Positions 30,572 through 40,536 of a stretch of DNA of 64,000 nt are shown piece by piece; position 1 is the first letter of the stretch; each line of letters opens with the position of its first letter. Location: positions 4,985 through 68,984 of IMG/VR virus record IMGVR_UViG_3300033150_000701; one strand, written 5' to 3'. Source of the DNA: a virus. Position numbers and translations under genes: made by a program. The notes beneath the pieces were generated by a model, which did no database searches, was not told where the DNA came from, and saw only the letters and a program-made list of their open reading frames with translations.

Positions 30572-31380
30572 GCTTTAACCCTCCTCTTGTCATGTAGGTG
30601 TCCCCACCTATCATAGTATATTTGATCGTCATGTATCCTAGTCTCACTAGGGATCAGCCTACATCCACCTGTATCAGGATAGAAATGGTACATGGCTACA
30701 CCAGTATGGATCACATTCCTAGTGTTAAACTTGGCCTGTATAGTATTGGTGATCTCAGACTCTATTCTATGAGCCATGTGAGAGTACCCTAGAGTAGGAT
30801 ACACACTAAAGAAATCAGTCTGTCTAAGCAGATCAGCCCTGTACATGAAAGGTGCTCTAATAAAATCTACATCTACAAGCTGTTCCTTAAACCTGAACCG
30901 TAGAGTAGTATAGTCATTCCACCATCTACCGTCTTTACCACTCCACCTGTTAAAGTTTCTAGGTATACTAGGCAGATCAATAAGATCCTCGTTAATAGGA
31001 TACAACATGCCACCTACAGCACCTACAGTAGGATCAGAATCTAACACGTTAACCAGCTTCTCTAAACAGTCAATAGCCAACAGGTGATCATCATCCATTT
31101 TCATAGCATACTTACTAGTAGTCCTCTTCATAACCTCAATAGCAGATCTAGCACATCCCAGTCTACTCTGAGGCCTCAAGTATGTAACATTGTGACCAGT
31201 CCTCTTGATCAACCGTATGATAGCTCTAAACCTATCATTAGCAAGGTACTTACAGTCATACTCTTCTAGAAACGTTAGATCCCAGTCTGTAAAGGTCTGG
31301 TTGATCAAGCTAGTCAACAATATGTTACAGTACTCCACCCTCTTCCTAGACCATAGTTCAATAGTTAACCTGTGAGTCAA
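30568..31380 (-). CDS. Glycosyltransferase family 2-like
   Basis: LTSLINQTFTDWDL, MDDDH, CLEKLV...P.VGAVGG. Confidence 0.75.
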   Translation of the reverse strand: MTHRLTIELWSRKRVEYCNILLTSLINQTFTDWDLTFLEEYDCKYLANDRFRAIIRLIKRTGHNVTYLRPQSRLGCARSAIEVMKRTTSKYAMKMDDDHLLAIDCLEKLVNVLDSDPTVGAVGGMLYPINEDLIDLPSIPRNFNRWSGKDGRWWNDYTTLRFRFKEQLVDVDFIRAPFMYRADLLRQTDFFSVYPTLGYSHMAHRIESEITNTIQAKFNTRNVIHTGVAMYHFYPDTGGCRLIPSETRIHDDQIYYDRWGHLHDKRRVKA

Positions 31381-31454
31381 CTCTAAAACACTCCCTCCTT
31401 ACACACACTAGAAATATTCAACGTTGAATAAAACAGATTGATCTCACCCTCCAT

Positions 31455-32705
31455 CTAGATCTTGATCTCCTTAACTTTAGGTGACTCAACATCTTCCTTG
31501 ATGTCTCTAGCAACCTTCTCTAGTAGAGGAACCCACTTGTCCTTTAGAAGAATCTTCCAGTCATACTGTCTAGCAAACTCTAAAGCCTTCTTAGCAAACC
31601 TAGACCGTTGCTTATCGTTAAAGTATGCATCCTTGATCTTGTTAGCCAGATCAAGATGATCAGGTATACCTGTAACAGCATTGATCCTAGTATCCAGATA
31701 GAAACCTGTCTTACACAACCATCCTCTACCTTTGATCAGCTCAGTCATAGACGAGAAATCATGCCCTATTACAGGCGTACCGCAAGCCATTGATTCAAGA
31801 ATACAGAGGCCGAACCCCTCCCGAAATGAAGGATGCAGTAGCACATCAAAGCTGTTATAGAGTAAGCTAAGCTCCTCTCCTCCTAACCCTATAACAGACA
31901 GCTCTGGATCCTCAAAACCACAAATATCCAGAATACCATATTTCCTAGCAAAGTTCTTGAGTCTAAGCCCTCTAGGATCATCAGGGTTAGCATGTACAAC
32001 CAGCCTTACATCTCTAACATCAGGATTCTCTCTTAGAAAGTGTCCTAGAGCTTTAAATGCAGGTACCCATCCCTTCCTACCTTCATGATCAGCATTAGCA
32101 CCTACCATACCAATAACAAAGTCTTCATCGTTAAGCTTAGCAAACTCCCTAGCCTTCCTACGATCCCTAGGGTGAAATATGGTAGTGTCTACACCATGAT
32201 AGATAGGATCTTCACATTTGATCCCATACTTGTCTAGCTCCTCCTTCTGGAAATAACATAACGGTACAACCCACCTGTACTGCTTGATCAACTGTTGCCA
32301 TTCAACACCGTAATCGATCTGATCCATAGGAGAATACATTAAAGAATTCTCAATATTTGTAGGCATCCATGGAAAGGCCCAGAAATCGCTCATTAGAATG
32401 CATAGGTTACGTCTAAATCCTTTGTAGTGTCTAAGACAAGATATCCTACCAAAGTCTCCACCTCTACGTGTACATGGTAGAGTAGGTAACCCATCTATAA
32501 GTAGAACACCACCTTCTTCTACACCATAATATGCTGACACTATAATGTCGTAACCTAACCTATGTAATCCACCAGCAACATACCTAGTAACAGTACCATA
32601 CCCCGACCTACAAGCACTTGACACTCCATGCCAGAGTATCTTAAGAATCCTCTTAGACTCTAGATCAGCATTCTTGATCTCATCTAGAGACTCAAACAAG
32701 ATCAC
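31455..32705 (-). CDS. Glycosyltransferase family 4 (GT-B)
   Basis: SGYG, HGVDTTIF, RKG, PS..EGFGL.ILESMACGTPVI. Confidence 0.9.
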   Translation of the reverse strand: MILFESLDEIKNADLESKRILKILWHGVSSACRSGYGTVTRYVAGGLHRLGYDIIVSAYYGVEEGGVLLIDGLPTLPCTRRGGDFGRISCLRHYKGFRRNLCILMSDFWAFPWMPTNIENSLMYSPMDQIDYGVEWQQLIKQYRWVVPLCYFQKEELDKYGIKCEDPIYHGVDTTIFHPRDRRKAREFAKLNDEDFVIGMVGANADHEGRKGWVPAFKALGHFLRENPDVRDVRLVVHANPDDPRGLRLKNFARKYGILDICGFEDPELSVIGLGGEELSLLYNSFDVLLHPSFREGFGLCILESMACGTPVIGHDFSSMTELIKGRGWLCKTGFYLDTRINAVTGIPDHLDLANKIKDAYFNDKQRSRFAKKALEFARQYDWKILLKDKWVPLLEKVARDIKEDVESPKVKEIKI

Positions 32706-33001
32706 TTAACCTCCCTCAGTATTTTTTCAACGTTGAATATGGGTAGATCAGGATGTTCAGACAGCCTATCATAGAACTCAGGATTAACATCCTTGATAAG
32801 CTCAATCAGTCTCTCCCTAGCAATATAGTATCCAAGCCTAATAGAAGAGATATCTCTAAGCTCCTGATCTGACAGTAACAGCTTACACAGCTCTAACTGT
32901 CTCCTACTACGATCAGACAAGCTGTCAACATACTCTGAATAGTTCAGCTTATCCTTAAGACTGGCTCTAATCAATTCCCAATCTACCCTTCTAGCTTTCA
33001 C
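32702..33001 (-). CDS. Hypothetical protein
   Basis: ORF translationally coupled to the GT4 gene. Confidence 0.5.
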   Translation of the reverse strand: MKARRVDWELIRASLKDKLNYSEYVDSLSDRSRRQLELCKLLLSDQELRDISSIRLGYYIARERLIELIKDVNPEFYDRLSEHPDLPIFNVEKILREVK

Positions 33002-33025
33002 AGTCTAACGTACACAATTTAAGGT

Positions 33026-33844
33026 TTAACCATCCTGTACCTGATCTGCAATGTGAACTAGTGGATACTCTACGTATTCAGGTGTAACCTGATCCTGAGT
33101 AACAGTCAAGATCACTCCTCCTAGATCAGGTTGAAACTTACCGTACAGCCTTAAACTACCCTTGTAAGGTATAAAAGTACAGAAACAAGGCAACTGAATC
33201 AGGTGAATACCGTAAACCTGAACATACAAGTATGAATGCCAATGTCCCCTAATCACTATGTCGATCCTAGGCACTTTACACATAGCTGATGCTTCCAGTA
33301 TAGCTCTAGCCTCCCTCTCTAACTGAGTAGCCTTGTAAATGTAGGCTGTAGAGTAACCATGATGAATATTAGCAATGTGATCCGTAGGCACTATTCTAAG
33401 ATTAGCAACCTTATCAAAAAACCTTGATTCACTAGCTACACTCTTAAGCATGTCACATAGCTTAGAGTGTATCCTAGTGTCTAAAGCCTCATGGTACTTA
33501 GTACCAGACCATACACCTACCCGTCTATCAACACATAGATCTTCAAGTAGCTCGTATGCTGCCTCTACCTGTTCATCTAAGTCTGGAGTAACCAGATCCC
33601 TATTCTGATCAGCATAGTTCCTACCGTGCATAATATCACCAACTAGAAACACAGTGTCAACATTTTCTCTATCACATCTAGTTTTAAAATCCTCAAAGTA
33701 TTCCAGTAACTGTAACTGCCCATCACTAATAGATCTACCTAGCCTAACATCATCCTTACCCACATAGGTATCTGGAAACACAGCATATCTAGATCCCACA
33801 TGTAGATCAGACAGTAAAGCTATCTTCCTAGTACTCAACAACAT
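33026..33844 (-). CDS. Calcineurin-like metallophosphoesterase
   Basis: SDLHVG, VGD, HHG and RGHWH motifs. Confidence 0.82.
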   Translation of the reverse strand: MLLSTRKIALLSDLHVGSRYAVFPDTYVGKDDVRLGRSISDGQLQLLEYFEDFKTRCDRENVDTVFLVGDIMHGRNYADQNRDLVTPDLDEQVEAAYELLEDLCVDRRVGVWSGTKYHEALDTRIHSKLCDMLKSVASESRFFDKVANLRIVPTDHIANIHHGYSTAYIYKATQLEREARAILEASAMCKVPRIDIVIRGHWHSYLYVQVYGIHLIQLPCFCTFIPYKGSLRLYGKFQPDLGGVILTVTQDQVTPEYVEYPLVHIADQVQDG

Positions 33845-34052
33845 CAGCCTCCAACCGCTTTAAAGCATCCCAATTGATAAACGATTCCCCTGTAGGTCTA
33901 GTTAGACCTAAACTACTAGCATGTTTCCTGATAGCACTCCATGATCTATGAGGAAGTATCTTGAGCAGTAACTCCCTACATTCACTATCAGAGTACTTAG
34001 GGTTAGGATATATCTGTTTGAGTATGTGATCTTCCTTATCACTCCATTTCAA
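33828..34052 (-). CDS. Myb/SANT-like HTH protein
   Basis: WSDKEDHIL...RSWSAIRKHA..LGL pattern. Confidence 0.65.
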   Translation of the reverse strand: MKWSDKEDHILKQIYPNPKYSDSECRELLLKILPHRSWSAIRKHASSLGLTRPTGESFINWDALKRLEADVVEY

Positions 34053-34073
34053 CTTAAACCACCTCCCTTTAAA

Positions 34074-35966
34074 CTAGATACTAGACCACTGTCTAGTCTT
34101 AAACTCTAACTGTCTAAGACGTGACCAGTCACTATAAGGCACAAAATACCCTACAACCCTAGTGATCCAGTCTAGATCCCTAGATCCACATTCAGGACAC
34201 TTATCATACACACCCATAGTATTATGTCCATTCCTACAAATAGTGAACCCTCTATTAAAAGCAAAGTACACTACTCTAGTATTCTCTAACATTTTAGAGT
34301 GTAACTTGAAACTAGACTCATCATCCATCCAACCCATAATGTTGAAGTGTGCAATAGTACCACCAGTGATCAAAGGCTGTAGTTCACCCTCCACTCTAGC
34401 TCTCTCAACCATAGGTACATCCCTGTATAGAGGCACTAACTGGTTAGAGTAGAAATTGTATGTTCCACCACACATCATCCTATCCTTAGTAGCCAGTATG
34501 TTAGTAGCTCCCTCAGCAGGTACCTCTTCAATGTTGTACATGTAACCATCCTTAACCGAATATTGTAGACTTAACTGTTTAAGAGTCATCAGTACTGTCT
34601 TAGCAAACCGTAAACCATCCTGATCCATAATGTCCATACCCAGTATTTCAAGTGCTTCAGGTAAACCATGAAAACCTATAGTGCTAAAGAAGTGCTTGTC
34701 AAGATCTAACAGCCCTATACTAAAGAAGTAGTTATGCTTCACCTTGTGCTTTAGAAACTGAGTCCTCTGAATAAACAGGATCTGCCTAGCCTCCTCCATT
34801 CTCTCCTCTAACACCTCTAGGAACCTGTCCTGATCACGAGTCTCATAAGCTATTCTAGGCAGGTTAATAGTAACCACTCCATGAGATCCAACGCTCAAAT
34901 AGGATCCGAAAGTGTTGTTAGCATTAAGACCTAACAGATCTAGATCTGAGAACAGCCTACAACAACTAGAGATCTGTTTCAGGTTTCTATGATAGTTATT
35001 GAACAGGTTTAGGAAACACAGATCCTTGTTTAGAGACAGCACCCTATACCACTCATCAGGATACTCTCTACTCCATGATCTATCAGCAACCAGAGTAGTA
35101 ACTGGAAACCTGTAAGGTATACCCAGATAGCCTCCATTATTATCGGGTGTGCCTTTAGACATGAAATCTAAGTACAGCATCTGATTGTATATGATCTCAT
35201 CCATAAGATCGTCAATAGAGTAGCCTCTAAACAATACTGGATCACCATTTTCAACGTTGAATATGCTCCTCATAGTATCTGGAGACTGAATGTTAACATT
35301 GGTAAAGGGGGACTGGTGATTAGCCCTCTCCATGTCGTTAACACCATGTACTAAATTCTGAAAATCATTGATCCTATTATAGTCAGAGTAGTCAGATCTC
35401 TCAATGGTGTAGGCACTATATGCTGGAAACAGATCTGTAAGTGCTACTGCACCTGCAAACATGTTAGCAGCGTACATACACATCCTGATAACTAGATTGA
35501 TAAACGATGACGGTCTGGTAGGCGGCTTACTGGGTAGATTAGCAATATTCAACCCCTGATCTAAAATGTGCTTAGTGGGTAAACCTATACAGTAAACCAG
35601 ATCACAGAATGTAATACTGTTATGAACGTACAGCCTACCCTCAACAACATCACGTACCAACCTATCACCATTAAAACCTAGCTTGTTACCGTACCTCCTG
35701 ATCTGCTGGTATGTTCTAAGCTTGTTAACTGGAGCAGTAACCTCATGCATCAGTCTAATGTAGGATTTTCTATGGTTACCTATGTTAGCATTTGGATCAA
35801 TAGTTAAATCCTGTACAGGCTCACTCCAATACCTATCTCTAAAAGATAAAGGGTTAACTCTAGTAACACCCTCTAGTTCAAGTAGATCCTGATCTAGACT
35901 AGACAAGTAGTCACCCAGATCCTGATCATACAGTCTAACAATGTCCAAGTAGTCAATACCACTCAA
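34074..35966 (-). CDS. nrdD: Anaerobic (class III) ribonucleoside-triphosphate reductase
   Basis: QSPFTN, SSCCRL, GSHGVVTINLPRIA, EEVPAE, CxxxH..CPECG Zn site, glycyl-radical motif RVVGY. Confidence 0.92.
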   Translation of the reverse strand: MSGIDYLDIVRLYDQDLGDYLSSLDQDLLELEGVTRVNPLSFRDRYWSEPVQDLTIDPNANIGNHRKSYIRLMHEVTAPVNKLRTYQQIRRYGNKLGFNGDRLVRDVVEGRLYVHNSITFCDLVYCIGLPTKHILDQGLNIANLPSKPPTRPSSFINLVIRMCMYAANMFAGAVALTDLFPAYSAYTIERSDYSDYNRINDFQNLVHGVNDMERANHQSPFTNVNIQSPDTMRSIFNVENGDPVLFRGYSIDDLMDEIIYNQMLYLDFMSKGTPDNNGGYLGIPYRFPVTTLVADRSWSREYPDEWYRVLSLNKDLCFLNLFNNYHRNLKQISSCCRLFSDLDLLGLNANNTFGSYLSVGSHGVVTINLPRIAYETRDQDRFLEVLEERMEEARQILFIQRTQFLKHKVKHNYFFSIGLLDLDKHFFSTIGFHGLPEALEILGMDIMDQDGLRFAKTVLMTLKQLSLQYSVKDGYMYNIEEVPAEGATNILATKDRMMCGGTYNFYSNQLVPLYRDVPMVERARVEGELQPLITGGTIAHFNIMGWMDDESSFKLHSKMLENTRVVYFAFNRGFTICRNGHNTMGVYDKCPECGSRDLDWITRVVGYFVPYSDWSRLRQLEFKTRQWSSI

Positions 35967-36021
35967 AACAGTTCACTCCTTTTACACTATTGAAGCAGGT
36001 TAGACAGCTAACACTACCTCT

Positions 36022-36705
36022 CTAATATAGATCACGCTGTTTAAAGTACTCTACAGCCTTAAGGTACTGTTTAAGATTGTTAACTGTCAACCATACACCA
36101 TCATACACTAGCCCCTTAACAACACCCCGCTGTACCAGATCACCCATAACAACCCTTTCCAGATCACCCTGATCAGGAAAATACCTTTCAACTATAGCCC
36201 TGTCAAAACAGTAGTGTCCTAAAGACACTAAGTATGGTAGAATAGGCTTCTCTTCAAACCTTACAATCCTGTAGTCCTCATTAAGCCACACCCTACCGTA
36301 GGGTGATCTAGCTTTACCTAACAGTACTGACACTCCTGCACTATCAACAGCACTACAGCTAACCAGAGTATTAGGATCATAAAACACTATGTCATCACAG
36401 TTACACATGTACAGGTATCTACCACTAGTCCTGTCTAGAGCATTCCTAGCTGCACCACCAGTACCCAGCTTAGACTCCTCAACAGATAATTCAACGTTGA
36501 ATATAGAAGTTATGGACGTAGGTAGCTGATCAGCAACCTCTCTAGAAACAGCTAACACCACTCTATCAAAGTTATAGTGTTGCAGCCACTTGATCTGTCT
36601 CTCCAGTAAAGTACATGATCCCTTGATCTCAAGTAACGGTTTAGGTGTATCAATGTCAGGTTTCATTCTAAGAGATCTACCTCCAGCTAACACTATAGCC
36701 TCCAA
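36022..36705 (-). CDS. Sugar-phosphate nucleotidyltransferase (mannose-1-P guanylyltransferase-like)
   Basis: AIVLAGG.S.RM.P....PKPLL, E..LGTGGA, F.EKP. Confidence 0.88.
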   Translation of the reverse strand: MEAIVLAGGRSLRMKPDIDTPKPLLEIKGSCTLLERQIKWLQHYNFDRVVLAVSREVADQLPTSITSIFNVELSVEESKLGTGGAARNALDRTSGRYLYMCNCDDIVFYDPNTLVSCSAVDSAGVSVLLGKARSPYGRVWLNEDYRIVRFEEKPILPYLVSLGHYCFDRAIVERYFPDQGDLERVVMGDLVQRGVVKGLVYDGVWLTVNNLKQYLKAVEYFKQRDLY

Positions 36706-36764
36706 ACTACATACACACCTCCATTAAACACTTTAACAATTGTCAACTATTAGAACCTTTAAAC

Positions 36765-38138
36765 TCAACCACTACCAGCTTCCTTTCTAACATCTACCTC
36801 TCTAGTCTGAGCAGGTAGCTTACCTGATCTCTTCCACTCCTCTATCATGTTATCTAGGAAACTACTAGGCAGTCCCTCTTCAACCCTAAACGTTTTTTCT
36901 AACTCTGGATCCCAACTGATCAACCCTCTTCTAGCTAAGGTAGCTATACGTCTAGACCTAGCCAGTTTAATACTAGGCTCCCATGTTCTAAACCTCATAA
37001 CGGGAGTACTATCTACATCTAAGTCTCTAGCCTTAAACACCCTCTTAAACAGTTTATCTCTAACCTGCATAGCTAGAGACTCCTGTAAACATCTAATACG
37101 CCTCTCAAACATTAAAGACAGCTCTCTAAGATCAGCCTGTCTACTTGATAGAGGACTAAGCAGTAACGGTAACGGTACTCCCATACCCACACAGCACATA
37201 TCAGCAAAATAGTAGATCAGTCTCTCCCTATCCTTAATGTCTGGAGTAGGTAACCTATCCAGTTTAACGTCTCTTCTAAAAGCAAATACAGATCTCTGAT
37301 CGACCTCAGCTAACTGATCAGTGATACTCTCAAGCACACTATCAGGTATAGACTGAGGTGGCTGATTCTCAGATCCAACATAAGCTACCACAGATCCAGA
37401 CCTGTATGCAGACTCACCTACATTATCCTCTAGGTTCAACCTGATCTTAGCAACCTTGTAGATCATTTCTAAAGGTGAATGTCCTAGGTAAGACTCTCCT
37501 AGACCAAACAGCTTAAAATGTGCTATACGATCCCTACCATCATCCCTATCTGGATCTACAGCAGTCCACACTACTTCACCATCAACCTCTATACGATCCC
37601 TTCTCCACTCTACTAGGCTTCTAATACCGTACTGCTTTCTAAGTCTAAACCCTACAAACTCTCCCTGATCGTCTAGTTCAACGTTGTTGTCTTGATCCCT
37701 AATGTAGTCTATACCTGTCTTAGGGTTGATCATTCTAAGAGACACTACATCACTATTATCTTCTAAGTACCCTAACTCACACCAACCGTTACCACCTATG
37801 AAAATATCTCTAACCAGCTCTCTAAGAATATACGTAAGGTTAACCCTGTTACTCCACTCTACACACTGTTCAACAAGATCATCTTTACCCTCAAAATAGA
37901 ATCCTGATCCAACAATACCATCAACGTACTCGTTAACCATCCTGAACACTAAAGGATCAACAAGGTATAGAGTCTCCAGTTTAGGCAGGTAATCGACGTA
38001 CTGTCTACGCTCTTCTAGAGGAGTATAGAACCCTACAGATCCAGATCCACCTCTATCTAACCGTTTAACACTATAAGATAGAGACACCTCTCTAGGTTTC
38101 CTAGTTCTCCTCCTGATCTTCCTAGTAAACATAGACAT
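36765..38138 (-). CDS. Portal protein
   Basis: 457 aa. DIFIGGNGWCE, IAHFKL.....YLGHSPLE, GVPLPLL motifs typical of HK97-family portals. Confidence 0.8.
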   Translation of the reverse strand: MSMFTRKIRRRTRKPREVSLSYSVKRLDRGGSGSVGFYTPLEERRQYVDYLPKLETLYLVDPLVFRMVNEYVDGIVGSGFYFEGKDDLVEQCVEWSNRVNLTYILRELVRDIFIGGNGWCELGYLEDNSDVVSLRMINPKTGIDYIRDQDNNVELDDQGEFVGFRLRKQYGIRSLVEWRRDRIEVDGEVVWTAVDPDRDDGRDRIAHFKLFGLGESYLGHSPLEMIYKVAKIRLNLEDNVGESAYRSGSVVAYVGSENQPPQSIPDSVLESITDQLAEVDQRSVFAFRRDVKLDRLPTPDIKDRERLIYYFADMCCVGMGVPLPLLLSPLSSRQADLRELSLMFERRIRCLQESLAMQVRDKLFKRVFKARDLDVDSTPVMRFRTWEPSIKLARSRRIATLARRGLISWDPELEKTFRVEEGLPSSFLDNMIEEWKRSGKLPAQTREVDVRKEAGSG

Positions 38139-38154
38139 ACTAGATCAATACCCC

Positions 38155-38370
38155 TTACCCATTCTTCTTAAGAATCATGTACAATAGACCGTTAGTACTA
38201 AGCAGAGCCATAAACTGATCAGGAGTGATCTTGTCCAACAGTAAAGCTAACAGTATACCTCCAAATACAGCTAAAAACACTATTACCCTAGCCTCTAAAC
38301 TGGTAAGTGCTCTACCAATCAGATTCTCCTCTACTATCTCCTCTACATCTTCACTCATAGACACTTTCAC
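38155..38370 (-). CDS. Small two-TM membrane protein (holin-like)
   Basis: 71 aa, two hydrophobic helices, basic C-terminus. Confidence 0.45.
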   Translation of the reverse strand: MKVSMSEDVEEIVEENLIGRALTSLEARVIVFLAVFGGILLALLLDKITPDQFMALLSTNGLLYMILKKNG

Positions 38371-38377
38371 CTCCCTA

Positions 38378-38608
38378 TCAGAGTATGTTCAAAGCTTTTA
38401 ACAGTATCTGAAGTACGAGAGTAGACACTGGGATCATAATGCTAAGCAGCCACTTCCACATTTTCCATTCAGTAGACAACTCTCCAAACCTCTTATCTAG
38501 TTTACCAACCATAGTCTGCAAGTGGTTAAGAGCAATAAGAGACTCCTCTATGTTCTCCAGTCTAGTCTCTAGTACAGCTACCTTAAGTCTAAGCTCATCC
38601 CCTGACAT
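38378..38608 (-). CDS. Coiled-coil plus C-terminal TM protein
   Basis: Heptad N-terminus and one hydrophobic C-terminal helix (XhlA-like architecture). Confidence 0.5.
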   Translation of the reverse strand: MSGDELRLKVAVLETRLENIEESLIALNHLQTMVGKLDKRFGELSTEWKMWKWLLSIMIPVSTLVLQILLKALNIL

Positions 38609-38650
38609 AGAGATCCCTCAACACTTTCACTCCACTCAACTACTTAATAT

Positions 38651-38791
38651 TTATTCTGAATAGCCCCACCATCCACAGTGATCACATATGACTTCCTTGT
38701 ACTCTGAAGTATTCCACAGGTATCTAAGTATCTTACCACAGTTAGGACAGCTAGATCCTTTAGGAAACTTAGGCACTACACGCTTAACCAT
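38651..38791 (-). CDS. Small Zn-ribbon protein (46 aa, not in ORF track)
   Basis: MVKRVVPKFPKGSSCPNCG...CDHCGWWGYSE; SD GAGGTG upstream. Confidence 0.55.
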   Translation of the reverse strand: MVKRVVPKFPKGSSCPNCGKILRYLWNTSEYKEVICDHCGWWGYSE

Positions 38792-38957
38792 TCCCAGATA
38801 CACCTCACATTCCAATATTACAGGTTAGGTACAAAGGTTTAAGCATTCCTAGTATACTACTCAGAGTTCAATAGAGATAAAAAAAAAGAGATAGAGGGTT
38901 TAAGCACAGTACCTTTACCTGATCAGTTTCTGATTTATTCAACGTTGAATAAGAGTC

Positions 38958-39284
38958 CTAACCCTTATTGTGATACCTTTCAAGGATCTTGTAAGCTAAC
39001 CACAGTAATGGAGATCTCCAAAACGGTGTCTTCAGTAATACTGACACGTTCTTAAGCAGGATCTTAGGTATCTTCTGTTCTAGGTTAAGCTTTAAACAGC
39101 AGTCTCCAAACGGGATCATTACTATATCAGCTATCTTAATGCTCCAGTCATCATTTGACCGTTCAGCTTCCCAAACCATCTGTTTAGAACCGTCACTAGA
39201 TTGATCAGGCTTCCAAACCCATCTATCAGAATCATCAGTACTTTGATACGTTCTGTTACCAATTATCTTGCATCTACCATCCAT
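38958..39284 (-). CDS. Hypothetical protein, member of a local paralogue triplet
   Basis: Shares TYQ.TDDSDR and FW.SPLLW..KILERYH with its neighbours. Confidence 0.55.
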   Translation of the reverse strand: MDGRCKIIGNRTYQSTDDSDRWVWKPDQSSDGSKQMVWEAERSNDDWSIKIADIVMIPFGDCCLKLNLEQKIPKILLKNVSVLLKTPFWRSPLLWLAYKILERYHNKG

Positions 39285-39325
39285 ATTATCACCTCCTCTA
39301 GTTTCTTTCCTAAATCTAGAGTCTT

Positions 39326-39819
39326 CTAGTCAGTATGATACCATTCAAGTAACTTGTAAACTAACCATAGTAGTGGATATCCCCCAAAATGGAATCTTCA
39401 ATAGTACAGACACATTTTCAATGATATTCTAACAGCACCCTGCTCCTATCATGCTTTAAACAACAGTTCCAAACGATATCATCACAACATTGTTTACTTC
39501 AAACGTTCCATGCATCATTGGTATTAGAGTCGTTAGTTGACTGATCAGATTTGAACACCGATCTATCTGAATCATCAGTACCTTGATACGTCCAGACACC
39601 AACTACCCTACATTTACCACGCATATCATCACCCGTTAAAGTATGACTTTCTTCAAGCATACGAACACCTCTAAGTACGATCTTGATCACAGGCTCCTTA
39701 GCCCAGTAGTCATCAGAGTACTCCAAACTCTCAATTTCACCTAGATCCTTAAAGTCAACAACTCTCATTGCATCCTCTCCAGATCCAACCCATCTGTACT
39801 TACCAAGTATCAATCGCAT
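39326..39819 (-). pseudogene. Frameshifted paralogue of 38958-39284
   Basis: ORF 39499-39819 continues in other frames as VMISFG / NCCLK / ENVSVLLKIPFW / YPLLWLVYKLLEWYHTD*, collinear with 38958-39284. Confidence 0.65.
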
Positions 39820-39859
39820 TCAAAATCACCTCCTAGTATCCGTCTAAACCTAGAGTCTT

Positions 39860-40051
39860 TTAGTTACTATGATACCTCTCAAGTATCTTACACAAGATCC
39901 AGAGTAAAGGAGATTTCCAAAAGTGAATAGGCTTCCTAACAACATTAACATCCAGTACTATCGTAGGTACCTCTTTTTCAATCTGTACAGGGTGATCTCC
40001 ACTAGGAAACATTAAGATCCTTTCTCTCTTTACTTGCCAATCCTCACTCAT
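39860..40051 (-). CDS. Short paralogue of 38958-39284
   Basis: Ends FWKSPLLWILCKILERYHSN. Confidence 0.55.
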   Translation of the reverse strand: MSEDWQVKRERILMFPSGDHPVQIEKEVPTIVLDVNVVRKPIHFWKSPLLWILCKILERYHSN

Positions 40052-40065
40052 CTAACCACTTCCCT

Positions 40066-40419
40066 TTAGTCCACCTTTCTAAGTAGCCAAATCTGATAAG
40101 GGATCTCTTCAAGTTCCTCTACTGTTAAATTTTTCCCTTGAGGTAACTGTACAAGTAAACAGAAAGCAACTGCTCTATCTCCAATCCTCATTTTAATCGG
40201 TGTCTTGCTTACAGGTATTTCAACTCCTAAGATCTTAGACATTAAGGTAGCTAGACTCTCCTCTCTAACATCTGAAATAAAGGAATCAGCAGCTAAAAGC
40301 CTTCTTGCTTCCTCCACTGTAATAAGTTTACCATGGTATGATCCAACTCCATACGTATTAAGATAGGAAGCATCTATCACGTATGTTACTCTATCTACTC
40401 CATCCTCTAATTCCATCAA
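40066..40419 (-). CDS. DUF1874/AcrIII-1 (STIV B116/YddF)-like protein
   Basis: ITVEEARRLL...FISDVREESLATLMSKILGVEIPVS...IKM..GDRAVAFCL..QLPQGK.LT.EELEEIPYQIWLL; GH motif replaced by RE. Confidence 0.78.
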   Translation of the reverse strand: MMELEDGVDRVTYVIDASYLNTYGVGSYHGKLITVEEARRLLAADSFISDVREESLATLMSKILGVEIPVSKTPIKMRIGDRAVAFCLLVQLPQGKNLTVEELEEIPYQIWLLRKVD

Positions 40420-40536
40420 TCTCTATCACCTCCTTGAACAGGTACAATTCAGAGATCAATCTCAATCCAGAATATTCAACGTTGAATGTAAAACACATGC
40501 AGATCTCTCACTAGCATCTCTATAGTAATGTAGCTT

